From an uncultured Chromatiales bacterium (GTDB lineage: Bacteria; Bacteroidota; Ignavibacteria; SZUA-365): a DNA stretch of 64,000 nt. Position numbers and translations under genes: made by a program. Each line of letters begins with the position of its first letter. Position 1 is the first letter of the stretch. The notes beneath the pieces are model-generated. The model saw only the letters and a program-made list of their open reading frames with translations, was not told the origin of the DNA and made no database searches. This document shows, one piece after another, positions 41,134 through 50,651 of this stretch. Location: contig CAYUWG010000016.1 of the NCBI GenBank assembly GCA_964448285.1, positions 188 through 64,187 of the forward strand, read 5' to 3'.

Positions 41134-41829
41134 ATGCATAGGTATATTGCCATTGCCTATAGAACGGAGGATATCATGCCACTCAGAAAAATTCCGCAAG
41201 CCGACATTAAAAGCAAAAGCCGCCGATACTTTGAGATATCGCTGATCATATCATTGCTGCTCATCATTGCAGCTTTTCGTTTCTTCCCTTCGCTCGAAGG
41301 TTCCAGTGGCTCTATCGACGTAAAAGAAGAGGTCGTAAAAGTGGAGGATATCGAAAACACCCGCCAGGAAAATCGGCCTCCTCCCCCTCCTCGACCTCCA
41401 ATCCCCATCGAAGCACCTTCTACTGAAACGATGCAGGATGTGGATATCTCAAGTGAAATCGATTTGTCGCAACAGATGACCGCCCCACCCGAGCCACCGA
41501 AAACAGCCCCCAAAGAAGATGAAGACGTGTATTTTGAAGCCGTCGAAGATCAACCGACGATCATCGGTGGACTGGATGCAATCAAGAAGTATCTTGTCTA
41601 TCCGGACCTCGCGATTCGTGCAGGGGTTGAAGGCACCGTGACCGTGTTAGCATACGTCGATAGAAACGGGAACGTCACACGCGCCGAGGTCCTGCGTGGC
41701 ATTGGTGGCGGTTGTGATGAAGCTGCTGTTGAAGCGGTAAAGAAAGTTAAATTCACTCCTGGAATGCAACGCGGAAAACCGGTGAATGTGAAAGTCGCCG
41801 TTCCAGTCCGCTTCCGTCTCACCAAATAA
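41134..41829 (+). CDS. Energy transducer TonB family protein
   Basis: N-terminal TM, Pro-rich spacer (PPPPRPPIPIEAP) and C-terminal TonB domain (YPDLAIRAGVEGTVTVLAYVDRNGNV...VKFTP). The start may be the internal MPLRKIP at ~41176. Confidence 0.75.
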   Translation: MHRYIAIAYRTEDIMPLRKIPQADIKSKSRRYFEISLIISLLLIIAAFRFFPSLEGSSGSIDVKEEVVKVEDIENTRQENRPPPPPRPPIPIEAPSTETMQDVDISSEIDLSQQMTAPPEPPKTAPKEDEDVYFEAVEDQPTIIGGLDAIKKYLVYPDLAIRAGVEGTVTVLAYVDRNGNVTRAEVLRGIGGGCDEAAVEAVKKVKFTPGMQRGKPVNVKVAVPVRFRLTK

Positions 41830-41846
41830 GAACGAGTATTGCACGC

Positions 41847-42320
41847 ATGATCGCAAGAATATTCCACTCACTCTTCACCGTCATAATTCTCTCTTTCGTC
41901 ATCACAGGCTGCACGTCTGATGCGGTGACGGATTCGCTTTCCGTGCATTTCAGCTCTGCGAGCATCACGACAGAAAAGCAGCAAGGGAAACCTGTCATTG
42001 CTGCGAACATGGTTGTCCGTCTTGTAAACCGAACGGAGCGCGGCATGAATATCGCGTTTATTGAAGGAACGCTCTTCGATGCCTCGACGAATAAGGCTCT
42101 CGTTCGGTTTCGACCGATCATTCCTGATTCTTATGGATCGATATCGACGGGCCAACTGCTTCCGAAGCAAGTCAAGGATTTTTCGGTTGTCACGCCTTTG
42201 GGACTTGATGGATCTGAAGCCGTCAATTCCAAATCGGTAATCGTGAAACTTGAAGTGCAAACGACCGACGGCTATCGAACGGAGGTAGTTAGTGCTCCGA
42301 CATCGATCGTTTCGAAATAG
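41847..42320 (+). CDS. Small lipoprotein, hypothetical (tandem paralog 1; LEA_2/WHy-like beta-sandwich suspected)
   Basis: Lipobox MIARIFHSLFTVIILSFVITGCTSD. 157 aa. Confidence 0.4.
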   Translation: MIARIFHSLFTVIILSFVITGCTSDAVTDSLSVHFSSASITTEKQQGKPVIAANMVVRLVNRTERGMNIAFIEGTLFDASTNKALVRFRPIIPDSYGSISTGQLLPKQVKDFSVVTPLGLDGSEAVNSKSVIVKLEVQTTDGYRTEVVSAPTSIVSK

Positions 42321-42783
42321 CTTTCCCATCATCCTTCTTTTTCTTTCCTTCTTTACGCATTGCGGGACACTTCAGGATGTGATCACATCGGAAATTGAAG
42401 TCGTCTCCATCACGGGTGATGCATGGAATGACTTCATGCCTGGTTCACCACCGAAATTCATATCCGTACTGCAGATCGCATTGCGGAATACGACAACGAA
42501 GGACATCGTCCTGCATGGTGCATCCGGGGCGATTATCGACGATCGTTCAGGCAACCCACTGCGGAAATTTCGTGCGATCATACTCTACGAAGACGTGGAG
42601 ATGAAGGAAGTACGATTACCTCCAGATCGGACTGTTTCGCTGACTGCCAGAACTCCCGAAGCAGTCCTTCCTATTGACCCGGTGCTGTACGGTTCGGTTC
42701 GGTTCATGATTGAGGGAAAGACCTCTCTTGAAAAGAGTTTGATTCTCCGCTCCTCACCGATGGAGCTTTTCGAAACGCAGTAA
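42292..42783 (+). CDS. Small lipoprotein, hypothetical (tandem paralog 2)
   Basis: Lipobox-like IILLFLSFFTHCGT. 163 aa. Overlaps the previous gene by 29 bp. Similar size and predicted beta content. Confidence 0.4.
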   Translation: MLRHRSFRNSFPIILLFLSFFTHCGTLQDVITSEIEVVSITGDAWNDFMPGSPPKFISVLQIALRNTTTKDIVLHGASGAIIDDRSGNPLRKFRAIILYEDVEMKEVRLPPDRTVSLTARTPEAVLPIDPVLYGSVRFMIEGKTSLEKSLILRSSPMELFETQ

Positions 42784-42786
42784 GTC

Positions 42787-43662
42787 GTGAGAACAGGACT
42801 CTACATCGTTATTCTGTGTTGCACGGGCATCAGCTCCATTCCGGCGCAACAGGGTTCACTCTTGATTGAGGATTACCGATTCGGTTCGTTCCAAAATGCC
42901 GTCTCAATCGAAGTCGATATGGAACAATACGTTTACGTAACTGATGCGACTACTCACACGCTTTCGAAGTTCAAACGTGATGGGACTTTGCTCAAAAAAA
43001 TTGGAGGTCGGGGATGGGATATCAACCAACTCGATACACCGCATGGTGTTGACGTTCGGCTCGGTATCGTGACATACATCGCAGATACACAGAACCATCG
43101 CATCGTCCGTTTCGACAAGGACCTTCATCCTATAGGAACGTTTTCAACACGGAACAACCCTGCGCTGGAATCACATTTCGGTTATCCTCTGGATATCGCC
43201 GTCTCAGGATTGGGTGGGCTATTCATTCTCGATGGAGAAAACAATCGTGTCGTGACAACATCGGGCTTCGCCACAATTGAAGGCTCTTTCGGTGGTGTCG
43301 AATCCGGGCCAGGCCGCTTGAAGAATCCGATTGCGATGGATGTCGATGAAAGTGATTACCTCTATGTCCTTGAATCAGAGCGAGTTGTCGTGTTCGACGG
43401 ATTTGGAGTATATGTGCGCTCATTCGGTGCATCTCATCTTCGCGATGCGCATGGTATCACAGTCCGACAATCGAAATGCTTTGTCATCGACGACATCGGA
43501 CTCCAAATATTCTCATCGGATGGCTCGCATCTTCGCTCATATACGCAGGAGGACTTCATTTTTCAGACAGACGCCGGTGATTTTCGTGACGTCACATTTT
43601 TTGACTCCGGCCTATTGCTTTTGACCTCAAAGAGCGTTATCGTACTGCGCGAATCACAATAG
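42787..43662 (+). CDS. NHL-repeat six-bladed beta-propeller protein, secreted
   Basis: Signal peptide. Repeated [50 protein letters not shown] are NHL repeats. Confidence 0.6.
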   Translation: MRTGLYIVILCCTGISSIPAQQGSLLIEDYRFGSFQNAVSIEVDMEQYVYVTDATTHTLSKFKRDGTLLKKIGGRGWDINQLDTPHGVDVRLGIVTYIADTQNHRIVRFDKDLHPIGTFSTRNNPALESHFGYPLDIAVSGLGGLFILDGENNRVVTTSGFATIEGSFGGVESGPGRLKNPIAMDVDESDYLYVLESERVVVFDGFGVYVRSFGASHLRDAHGITVRQSKCFVIDDIGLQIFSSDGSHLRSYTQEDFIFQTDAGDFRDVTFFDSGLLLLTSKSVIVLRESQ

Positions 43663-43690
43663 TTCCTTTAACTCACTTACAGGAGGTTTT

Positions 43691-44113
43691 ATGGCGTATG
43701 GGCTTAACAAGGTAATGCTTATCGGCAATCTGGGATCGGATCCCGAATTGCGTTACACACAAGGTGGGACACCAGTCGCATCGTTTTCTTTAGCAACCAA
43801 CGAATCCTACAAGGGTCAGGACGGGAACCTCGTTGAAAAAACGGAATGGCACCGCATTGTCGCCTGGCGAAAAGCCGCCGAAACGATGGCACAGTATCTC
43901 AAAAAGGGGAGCAAGGTCTATGTAGAAGGCAAGCTCCAGACCCGTAGCTGGGATGACAAGGACGGCTCGAAGAAGTACATGACCGAGATTGTTGTGGATA
44001 CGTTTATGTTTCTTGATTCTCGCGGAAATGGCGGAGCCGCTGGTGATCACCATGAACACCCACCGATCGAAGCACCCGCACCGCCTGCAACCGACGAAGA
44101 CCTTCCGTTCTGA
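43691..44113 (+). CDS. ssb: Single-stranded DNA-binding protein
   Basis: [38 protein letters not shown]...[12 protein letters not shown] is an OB fold. Acidic C-terminal tail DEDLPF. Confidence 0.9.
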   Translation: MAYGLNKVMLIGNLGSDPELRYTQGGTPVASFSLATNESYKGQDGNLVEKTEWHRIVAWRKAAETMAQYLKKGSKVYVEGKLQTRSWDDKDGSKKYMTEIVVDTFMFLDSRGNGGAAGDHHEHPPIEAPAPPATDEDLPF

Positions 44114-44162
44114 CGGTGATCTTTGTTTTTCATCTTCCCTCGCCTACTTTTGTAGGCGTTTT

Positions 44163-44237
44163 GGACGCTTAGCTCAGTTGGTTTAGAGCGCACGCTTCAC
44201 ACGCGTGAGGTCATAGGTTCAAATCCTATAGCGTCCA
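44163..44237 (+). tRNA. tRNA-Val (anticodon CAC)
   Basis: GGACGCTTAGCTCAGTTGGTTTAGAGCGCACGCTTCACACGCGTGAGGTCATAGGTTCAAATCCTATAGCGTCCA. Cloverleaf with anticodon loop TTCACAC. CCA not encoded. Confidence 0.85.
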
Positions 44238-44244
44238 CGAAAAA

Positions 44245-44272
44245 TTCCCTGCTTCGGCAGGGTTTTTTTATG
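44245..44272 (+). terminator. Rho-independent terminator after tRNA-Val
   Basis: CCCTGCTTCGGCAGGG hairpin followed by TTTTTTTAT. Confidence 0.7.
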
Positions 44273-44342
44273 AGAACCGTACAACATCCTTGACAAATCA
44301 GGGGAAGAAAGTTAGATTTGGTTAGACATTATTCTAACCCGT

Positions 44343-45209
44343 ATGTATCAAACCGCACTCTTCCCCGAACCGACTCAACGCCTCCTTCCACCGCGATCCA
44401 TCTGGAAGCTGTATCGGAGAGGGATTGTACTTGGAACGAGCGGATACTCTTATGAGGATTGGGTTGGACCATTCTACCCGGAGGGGACATCGAAACCTGC
44501 CATGCTCAATTACTACCAGGCATTCTTCCCGAGCGTGGAGATCAATTACACTTACTACAGCTTACCGCGCCCAAGCACCTTATTCCAGATCCGCAACAAA
44601 GCCCCGAACACTCTTTTTAGCGTAAAGGCACATCAATCCATCACGCATAGCAGACGCATCGTCCTTGAGGAGTGGCGCCAGTTCGCTGATGCTATGGCTG
44701 TCCTCTCCGATACGAATCAACTCACGTCCATTCTTTTTCAATTCCCGTACAGCTTCAAGTGCAATCATGAAAGCTACCTCTATCTCGATGAGATCTGTCA
44801 TTACTTCGATGCATTCCGGCTCGTGTTCGAATTCCGCCATGCAGGCTGGTACCACGACACGACGTATGACTACGTACAGCAGCGAAAGATTACCCTCTGT
44901 TCCGTCGATGCGCCACAGCTTCCCGGTCTCACAAACAGCGTCGTCAAAGGATCGTCACATCTGGCGTACTACCGCTTGCACGGAAGAAACGCACAGAACT
45001 GGTTCGACGGAGATAACGTCACACGTTACGATTATACCTACACGGAGCAGGAGATTCAGGAAATCGCCGAGCAGATTCTTGCGCTCGCTTCGTTTTCGGA
45101 TTCGGTCTATGTCTTTGCGAATAACCACCCTCGCGCTCAGGCAATCGAAACGCTCATTGCTCTTGCTCACACACTTGATCATCCGGTTGCGCTGGCGAAG
45201 CTTCGATAA
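44343..45209 (+). CDS. DUF72 (YecE-like) family protein
   Basis: IVLGTSGYSYEDWVGPFYPEG...LNYYQAFFPSVEINYTYY...FEFRH..W is the DUF72 signature. 288 aa. Confidence 0.75.
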   Translation: MYQTALFPEPTQRLLPPRSIWKLYRRGIVLGTSGYSYEDWVGPFYPEGTSKPAMLNYYQAFFPSVEINYTYYSLPRPSTLFQIRNKAPNTLFSVKAHQSITHSRRIVLEEWRQFADAMAVLSDTNQLTSILFQFPYSFKCNHESYLYLDEICHYFDAFRLVFEFRHAGWYHDTTYDYVQQRKITLCSVDAPQLPGLTNSVVKGSSHLAYYRLHGRNAQNWFDGDNVTRYDYTYTEQEIQEIAEQILALASFSDSVYVFANNHPRAQAIETLIALAHTLDHPVALAKLR

Positions 45210-45257
45210 GCTGCGAACAAGGCTCTTGAAGAAGCGTTCCCTGAGTCACCAGACATA

Positions 45258-45285
45258 AAAAAACCCGTCTGATCGGACGGGATGT
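45258..45285 (-). terminator. Rho-independent terminator (minus strand) for the 45312..45767 gene
   Basis: On the minus strand CCCGTCCGATCAGACGGG is followed by TTTTTTTAT. Confidence 0.6.
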
Positions 45286-45311
45286 TCATTCGAAAGGAAA
45301 ATGGGTTCACA

Positions 45312-45767
45312 TCATTCCGTCGTCTTCGTTTCGTATGATAAGCTTCGTGAGTTTTCAGGTTTGGTTAAACATATGATGACGAGATTGACCCGCAGGCTCC
45401 GCCAGTCAGAAGGATAGCCGTATCGCGAAGCGAGAACCGGCTCCATCGCATTTCGATGAATCACCACTGCGAGACGCCTGCCTTTTTCGTTTATCACGAG
45501 ATCGAGTGACTCGTATGATGGAATGAGTTGAGCCAACACACCGTTTTTCCGGTCTCTGAGATACAGACGGTCATGGCGGAGAGAATCGAAGGACAAGCGG
45601 TAATCGCGAAGGCGTACCTCTGTCGGTGTAATCGTGATGTTGCCGTCACTCGTAGGGCAAACGATAGACTCGAAGAGGATATCGTCCTGCGCTATTGCGA
45701 CGTTGGGTCTGCTGATGAGCAGGAGGGTTACTATTACGAGAAGCGGTGTCATTGTGCATTCCTTCAT
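45312..45767 (-). CDS. Secreted hypothetical protein (151 aa)
   Basis: Signal peptide MTPLLVIVTLLLISRPNVAIAQ. No recognisable motif. Confidence 0.4.
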   Translation of the reverse strand: MKECTMTPLLVIVTLLLISRPNVAIAQDDILFESIVCPTSDGNITITPTEVRLRDYRLSFDSLRHDRLYLRDRKNGVLAQLIPSYESLDLVINEKGRRLAVVIHRNAMEPVLASRYGYPSDWRSLRVNLVIICLTKPENSRSLSYETKTTE

Positions 45768-45964
45768 GGCTGTGAGAGCAACTTTTCACCTGACACAGTT
45801 CAGTGGACACTACCCTGTCGGTTGTCACTGGAGTGTCACGTTCCTATCACGATCCATCGCAGGATTTTCTCTTGAGCATGACAAGCTATCGGAAACCACT
45901 ACGGCATTTGCTTTTCCGCTTTCCTTGAGATAATCTTCACTTCGTAATAGCTCGGAGATCCGCC

Positions 45965-47167
45965 ATGAAACGCTTATCACTCTTACTCATCCTGTCTTTG
46001 TTCATCAGTTCCTGCAGCAAGGACGAAGATTCGAATCCAACGACACCGCCATCATCCAATGTCAAAGTCACCATCACACCTGCGTCCTCCGATATCAATC
46101 CAGGCGTAACGATCCAGTTCAAGGCCACGGTAACGGGAGCTACCGACCAAACGGTGACCTGGTCCGTTTTGAATGGTCCCGGCAGTATCAATACATCAGG
46201 TTTCTATACTGCTCCGGCTACTATCAGTGTTGATCCGACGACAGTGACGATCAAAGCTGTCTCCAAAGCCGACGCCAACGCCTCGGCAACGGCAACATTG
46301 CGAATCATTCGGCCAAAGGTCACAGATGCCAGGCGGGTTGCGTTGGGGCTTTCCGTGCCGGGGTATGTCTATTCCACGGGTGAAGAGGCGGCGACACTCT
46401 GCGCTGAAGCGGTTTTTCTCGCTTCGGAAATCAACGGCGGAACACAACTCATCACCACAGGCACCTTAACACAGAGCTCGTCGAATCCAAATCAATTCAC
46501 ATACAGCGCAACACCGAACGATAAACTTCGCCTCTCATTCACGAACGGTTCGACGGTCGATTACACGGTGACCGCTTTCAATGGTGACTTCACTTCCGAT
46601 GCTGCAAACTTCCTTCGCAGCAGTCACAGCCTCGGCTTCCGAATGGTGATCACCGGAGTTGCCGACTTTACCGTGTCTTCACAGCAAACATCTACAAGCA
46701 GACAGGCCTCGATCCGCGGATCGATGACGTATGAGAACACCCCGCTCACGGTCGATATGACCATGCAGGGTTCCGTGTATTATGAAGCCGGCACAAGCCC
46801 AGTCTATGACGTTGATGAGATGTTACAGGGTAGCATCACCGCCTCGAATCTTTCGATCTCTATTGACGAGAGACGCATTTACAAAAGCCTCTACGTCACG
46901 AAATTCGTCCAACAAACGACCCGGACGATCAACAACATCTGGACGGTTGATGGCGTCGAGTTCACGATGCTCAATGCCGTGATGAAATGGGTTCTCGCCG
47001 ACTTCAAAGCTGTTGACCTCGATACGTTCTGGTCGCAGACTTCGGGAGTTCTCACTCGTAGCGGTGCTTCGTATGGCCAACTCCTTTTCGGAACGGAAGC
47101 AGGACAGGCAATCATCTGGCTTCAAATCGGGAGCGAAAAAATCATCCTTGTAACTCATGGCATTTGA
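45965..47167 (+). CDS. Lipoprotein with bacterial Ig-like (BIG2-type) domain, hypothetical
   Basis: Lipobox LLLILSLFISSCSKD. VKVTITPASSDINPGVTIQFKATVTGATDQTVTWSVLNG is a typical Ig-like group 2 repeat. Confidence 0.5.
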   Translation: MKRLSLLLILSLFISSCSKDEDSNPTTPPSSNVKVTITPASSDINPGVTIQFKATVTGATDQTVTWSVLNGPGSINTSGFYTAPATISVDPTTVTIKAVSKADANASATATLRIIRPKVTDARRVALGLSVPGYVYSTGEEAATLCAEAVFLASEINGGTQLITTGTLTQSSSNPNQFTYSATPNDKLRLSFTNGSTVDYTVTAFNGDFTSDAANFLRSSHSLGFRMVITGVADFTVSSQQTSTSRQASIRGSMTYENTPLTVDMTMQGSVYYEAGTSPVYDVDEMLQGSITASNLSISIDERRIYKSLYVTKFVQQTTRTINNIWTVDGVEFTMLNAVMKWVLADFKAVDLDTFWSQTSGVLTRSGASYGQLLFGTEAGQAIIWLQIGSEKIILVTHGI

Positions 47168-47277
47168 AAAGAACCAATTTTCCCTCTTTCTTTTGCATAA
47201 TGGCATGAATTGATATATTGGCACCCGGACTCTGGACTGAGGATACCCATTCATCTTTTTCATCTTTAGGAGGCATC

Positions 47278-47463
47278 ATGAGCCGTTTTCAGGAGTTAGT
47301 CGATCTCGTTCAAACCTTTGAGAAAGATTTTGAGAAGTTCTATGGAAAGGGGAATAAATCCGCGGGTACGCGCGTGCGAAAGCACATGAACGACCTCAAG
47401 AGGAAGGCGCAGGAAATCCGCAACGAAATCCAGGCGCTTAAGAAATCCGAATCACCGTCATAA
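47278..47463 (+). CDS. Histone H1-like small basic nucleoid protein
   Basis: MSRFQELVDLVQTFEKDFEKFYGKGNKSAGTRVRKHMNDLKRKAQEIRNEIQALKK matches the histone-H1-like family common in the Bacteroidota/Chlorobi group. The internal start is preceded by AGGAGG, whereas the ORF track starts at 47218. Confidence 0.6.
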   Translation: MSRFQELVDLVQTFEKDFEKFYGKGNKSAGTRVRKHMNDLKRKAQEIRNEIQALKKSESPS

Positions 47464-47506
47464 CGAATCGATTGCCTTCCCGGAACTTCCCAACGATTCT
47501 GTTGGC

Positions 47507-48403
47507 ATGAGTTCATCGTTTTCCGTAACTACGCCGGAAGATTTCTTTTTTTTCAGTACGGTGTTTTCTCACGGTTGGAGTGTTCTCCAACCGTTCTCTT
47601 TTTCCCTCGAAGAAAAAGCCCTTCAGTGCGTTATCGCTTGCCCGACAAAGCCGGTTTCCTTCACCATCCGTGAAACGAGTTCCGGTCTTCTGGTAAAGTC
47701 GCATACGAAGATTTCCTCACAGGATCGAAATGCCGCGAAGCGCAAACTTGCAGAGATGTTTCACTTCGATCTGAACCTCGGCACATTTTACGCGCTCATA
47801 AAAAGGCATCCGGATATGCGTTGGATGGCGCGAAGGAAGGCGGGGCGGTTTCTTCGAGGCGAAACGTTCTTCGAGGACGTCGTGAAGATGATCCTCACAA
47901 CGAATTGCTCCTGGAGTCTTACCACGACGATGAACGAACGCCTCATCTCCTCGTTTGGCGCTGCGACATCTGACGGCTTGAAAGCCTTCCCCACTCCGGA
48001 AGCGATCGCGCAGAGTAGTGAGCGATTTCTCCGTGAGAAGATCAAGCTCGGCTATCGTGCGCCGTACGTTCTCGAAATTTCGAAGCGCGTTGCCAAAGGC
48101 CAATTGCACGTCGAAGCGTTTCGTTCTTCGAACGCTCCTGCGAACGAACTTTACAAGGAACTTCGGACGATCAAGGGCATCGGTGATTATGCTGCTGGCA
48201 ATCTCCTCAAGCTGCTCGGTCGTTTCGACTACCTCGGACTTGACTCATGGTGCCGCATGAAGTTCTCTGAGATTCACGGTAATGGAAAAGCAATAACCGA
48301 CAAAGACATCCACGCGAAGTACGATTCGTTCGGTGAGTGGCGTGGTCTTGCTTTGTGGCTCGATCTCACTCGCCAGTGGTACTTCGAAAAATTCCCTCTC
48401 TAA
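47507..48403 (+). CDS. HhH-GPD superfamily DNA glycosylase (AlkA/Ogg-like)
   Basis: Helix-hairpin-helix plus Gly/Pro-rich loop followed by the catalytic Asp: LRTIKGIGDYAAGNLLKLLGRFDYLGLDSW. Confidence 0.55.
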   Translation: MSSSFSVTTPEDFFFFSTVFSHGWSVLQPFSFSLEEKALQCVIACPTKPVSFTIRETSSGLLVKSHTKISSQDRNAAKRKLAEMFHFDLNLGTFYALIKRHPDMRWMARRKAGRFLRGETFFEDVVKMILTTNCSWSLTTTMNERLISSFGAATSDGLKAFPTPEAIAQSSERFLREKIKLGYRAPYVLEISKRVAKGQLHVEAFRSSNAPANELYKELRTIKGIGDYAAGNLLKLLGRFDYLGLDSWCRMKFSEIHGNGKAITDKDIHAKYDSFGEWRGLALWLDLTRQWYFEKFPL

Positions 48404-49605
48404 TGAGTCCCGTCTTCTACTCACTCTACTGCTGGCTGCTTCTCCTCTCTTCCTTTCAGGAAAAAACTGAGAGCCAAGAAAAAACCAAAGAGAAGCATCA
48501 CCTCAAAGTCCACCGCGAAGCGATCGTCGTCGATGGCCACAACGACATTCTCATGCGGGTCATGGCTGGTGAACGCGTTGATGTCTATACATCGAAAGGA
48601 CACTCCGATCTTCCGCGTTTCCTTGCCGGTGGTGTTGACGTGCAGGTGTTCTCCGTCTGGGTGCCTCCTGAGTATGATGAGAAGAAGGAGTCGTGGAAGT
48701 ACGCGAAAACTGAAATCGACTCGCTCGATGCCATCATAAAGCGAAATCCTGACGCGATCATGTATGTGCGAAACGGAGCCGAACTGCGACAGGCAGTGAA
48801 GAAAGGGAAGCTCGCTGCAATCATCGGCATTGAGGGCGGTCATGCGATCGAGAACTCTGCGGAGAAATTGACTGCGTTTTACAATCGCGGGCTTCGCAGC
48901 TTTGGACTCACATGGAACAACAGCACGTCGTGGGCATCGTCATCGAAAGATGAATCCGAGGGAAAGAAGCAAAAGGGATTGACTGATTTCGGGAAATCGC
49001 TCGTTCGTCTCTGTGACAGCCTCGGTATTCTGATCGATATTTCCCATCTCGGGCCTGAGTCCGTGAAGGATGTTCTTGCGACATCCCGGAATCCCATCAT
49101 CGCTTCTCACTCTGCGTGCACGTCAGTGCGCGATCACCACCGCAACCTGACCGATGACCAACTCCGAGCGATTGCAAAAAACGGCGGCGTCGTTATGGTG
49201 AATTTCTATCCCTCATTCATCAAAGCCGGAATCCCGAAGAACAGCGTCGCTTTAACGGCAGGTCTTCATAAGAGGATGAATGCCCTCAAAGGAAACGACC
49301 ACATGATCCCTGAGTCAAAGTTCCGTGAACGTTTAAAGATAATCCGCGAAGCGAAACGCAAAGGTCTCGCTACCATCGATGACGTGATCGCACATATCGA
49401 GCATGTGATTCGCGTTGCGGGGATTGACCACGTCGGACTTGGCTCCGATTTCGACGGCATTGACCATGCACCGATCGGGCTTGGAGATGTGAACGAGTTG
49501 CCGAACATCACACGCGCGCTGCTTCAGAAAGGCTACTCTCCTTCCGATATCGAAAAGATACTTGGACGGAATTTTCTGAGAGTTTTCGAACACGTCTGTA
49601 GATAA
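48403..49605 (+). CDS. Membrane dipeptidase (peptidase M19)
   Basis: Start at MSPVFYSL, which overlaps the upstream stop as TAATG. N-terminal TM helix. VDGHNDI..., IGIEGGHA, DISHL and GLGSDFDG motifs of renal-dipeptidase family metalloenzymes. Confidence 0.75.
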   Translation: MSPVFYSLYCWLLLLSSFQEKTESQEKTKEKHHLKVHREAIVVDGHNDILMRVMAGERVDVYTSKGHSDLPRFLAGGVDVQVFSVWVPPEYDEKKESWKYAKTEIDSLDAIIKRNPDAIMYVRNGAELRQAVKKGKLAAIIGIEGGHAIENSAEKLTAFYNRGLRSFGLTWNNSTSWASSSKDESEGKKQKGLTDFGKSLVRLCDSLGILIDISHLGPESVKDVLATSRNPIIASHSACTSVRDHHRNLTDDQLRAIAKNGGVVMVNFYPSFIKAGIPKNSVALTAGLHKRMNALKGNDHMIPESKFRERLKIIREAKRKGLATIDDVIAHIEHVIRVAGIDHVGLGSDFDGIDHAPIGLGDVNELPNITRALLQKGYSPSDIEKILGRNFLRVFEHVCR

Positions 49606-49688
49606 GCTTTCTTGTGGCAATGAGAAGAATGCAGGCTACATTACTTTTCATTCCTGAAGATTATAGATAGTGATAAAGGCATTCCTGG

Positions 49689-50192
49689 CTACAAAGGGAA
49701 ACTCAATCCGAATTTAATCCAGGACGTAACTGTTAGCTTGTATTTTGCATCTGGGCGATATCGCTCCTTACCTATCGTAAAAAACGGTGTTGCAGCGATA
49801 CTATAATGCAATCCGTCTTGCTCTATATACCTGTATCCGATAGATGGCACTATGGCAAGTCCATATTCTGAGTCACCACTTATTCCACTGATTATGAGTG
49901 TGGATAGATTAACACCGATTTCGAAATTGTGTCTATCGCCTGACAGCCACAATATGCCGATTGGGACTGCAATCATGTTTTCATCATAAGAAATGGGCGC
50001 CATCGAAACACCAATTCGAAATACGCTCTTTACCGTGTCACTGAAATCAATATACTCGTAATTCATCGACCAGTAGCCACCTGCTCCTAATGCCTCAAGC
50101 GAAATACAGCGTATACTTGAATCAGGGTCAATCCTCACTTGTTGAGAATATGCACTACTTATTAGCATAAGCAACACTAATATCCTTAACAC
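49689..50192 (-). CDS. Small secreted beta-rich protein (possible 8-strand OM barrel), hypothetical; lies in an AT-rich island
   Basis: Signal peptide MLRILVLLMLISSAYSQ. Alternating hydrophobic pattern. C-terminal FGLSFPL. Local GC clearly below the window average. Confidence 0.4.
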   Translation of the reverse strand: MLRILVLLMLISSAYSQQVRIDPDSSIRCISLEALGAGGYWSMNYEYIDFSDTVKSVFRIGVSMAPISYDENMIAVPIGILWLSGDRHNFEIGVNLSTLIISGISGDSEYGLAIVPSIGYRYIEQDGLHYSIAATPFFTIGKERYRPDAKYKLTVTSWIKFGLSFPL

Positions 50193-50651
50193 TTCATTAA
50201 CTTTCTGAATAAATAAAGGCAGTACGGAGGATCAGTCCGAAATTCTGCTCGTCCATCGCCATCTCCCAAGTGTATTTCTCCGCAATTTTCTTGAAAGCAT
50301 CGTGGACAGCATCTTCATATTCCTCGTGAATTCCCCAGGAATCGAGTATCTCAACCGATTCATGAGAATCATCCTTAGCTTATTGAAACATCTGTTTTGG
50401 CCGTTCAAGAATATGTTCCTCCGCTTTTTCACGTTTTTTCGAAAGCCTCCCAGTGAATATGACCTTGAACAAGATACACTCCGCGGCATTTTCATCGCAA
50501 TAGGGGACAACCCTCATTTTTAACAGGTGATTTCGAAATGGACTTTTTCTTTCCCCGCATTTTCCCAAGTACTCGTTTTTTCCCATTTTTGTAAGCCTTC
50601 TTTGGGTAAATGAAGGCGCTTCCATCAGCAAACACTTACTCAGGAAAGACA

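Noticed and set aside
40788-41153. ORFs 40788..40985(+), 40842..41153(-), 40934..41119(+)
   Set aside because: They overlap the tRNA-Leu gene and its flanks and are short with no coding signal.
40935-44237. Integrated mobile element / prophage between the two tRNAs
   Set aside because: There is no integrase, recombinase, phage structural gene or att duplication visible. I kept it only as a low-interest note.
50232-50523. ORFs 50232..50510(-) and 50302..50523(+) as genes
   Set aside because: They are short and overlap each other in an AT-rich stretch, and their translations are basic and low-complexity. They are more likely noncoding or a decayed gene; see the AT-rich island finding (49620-50651).
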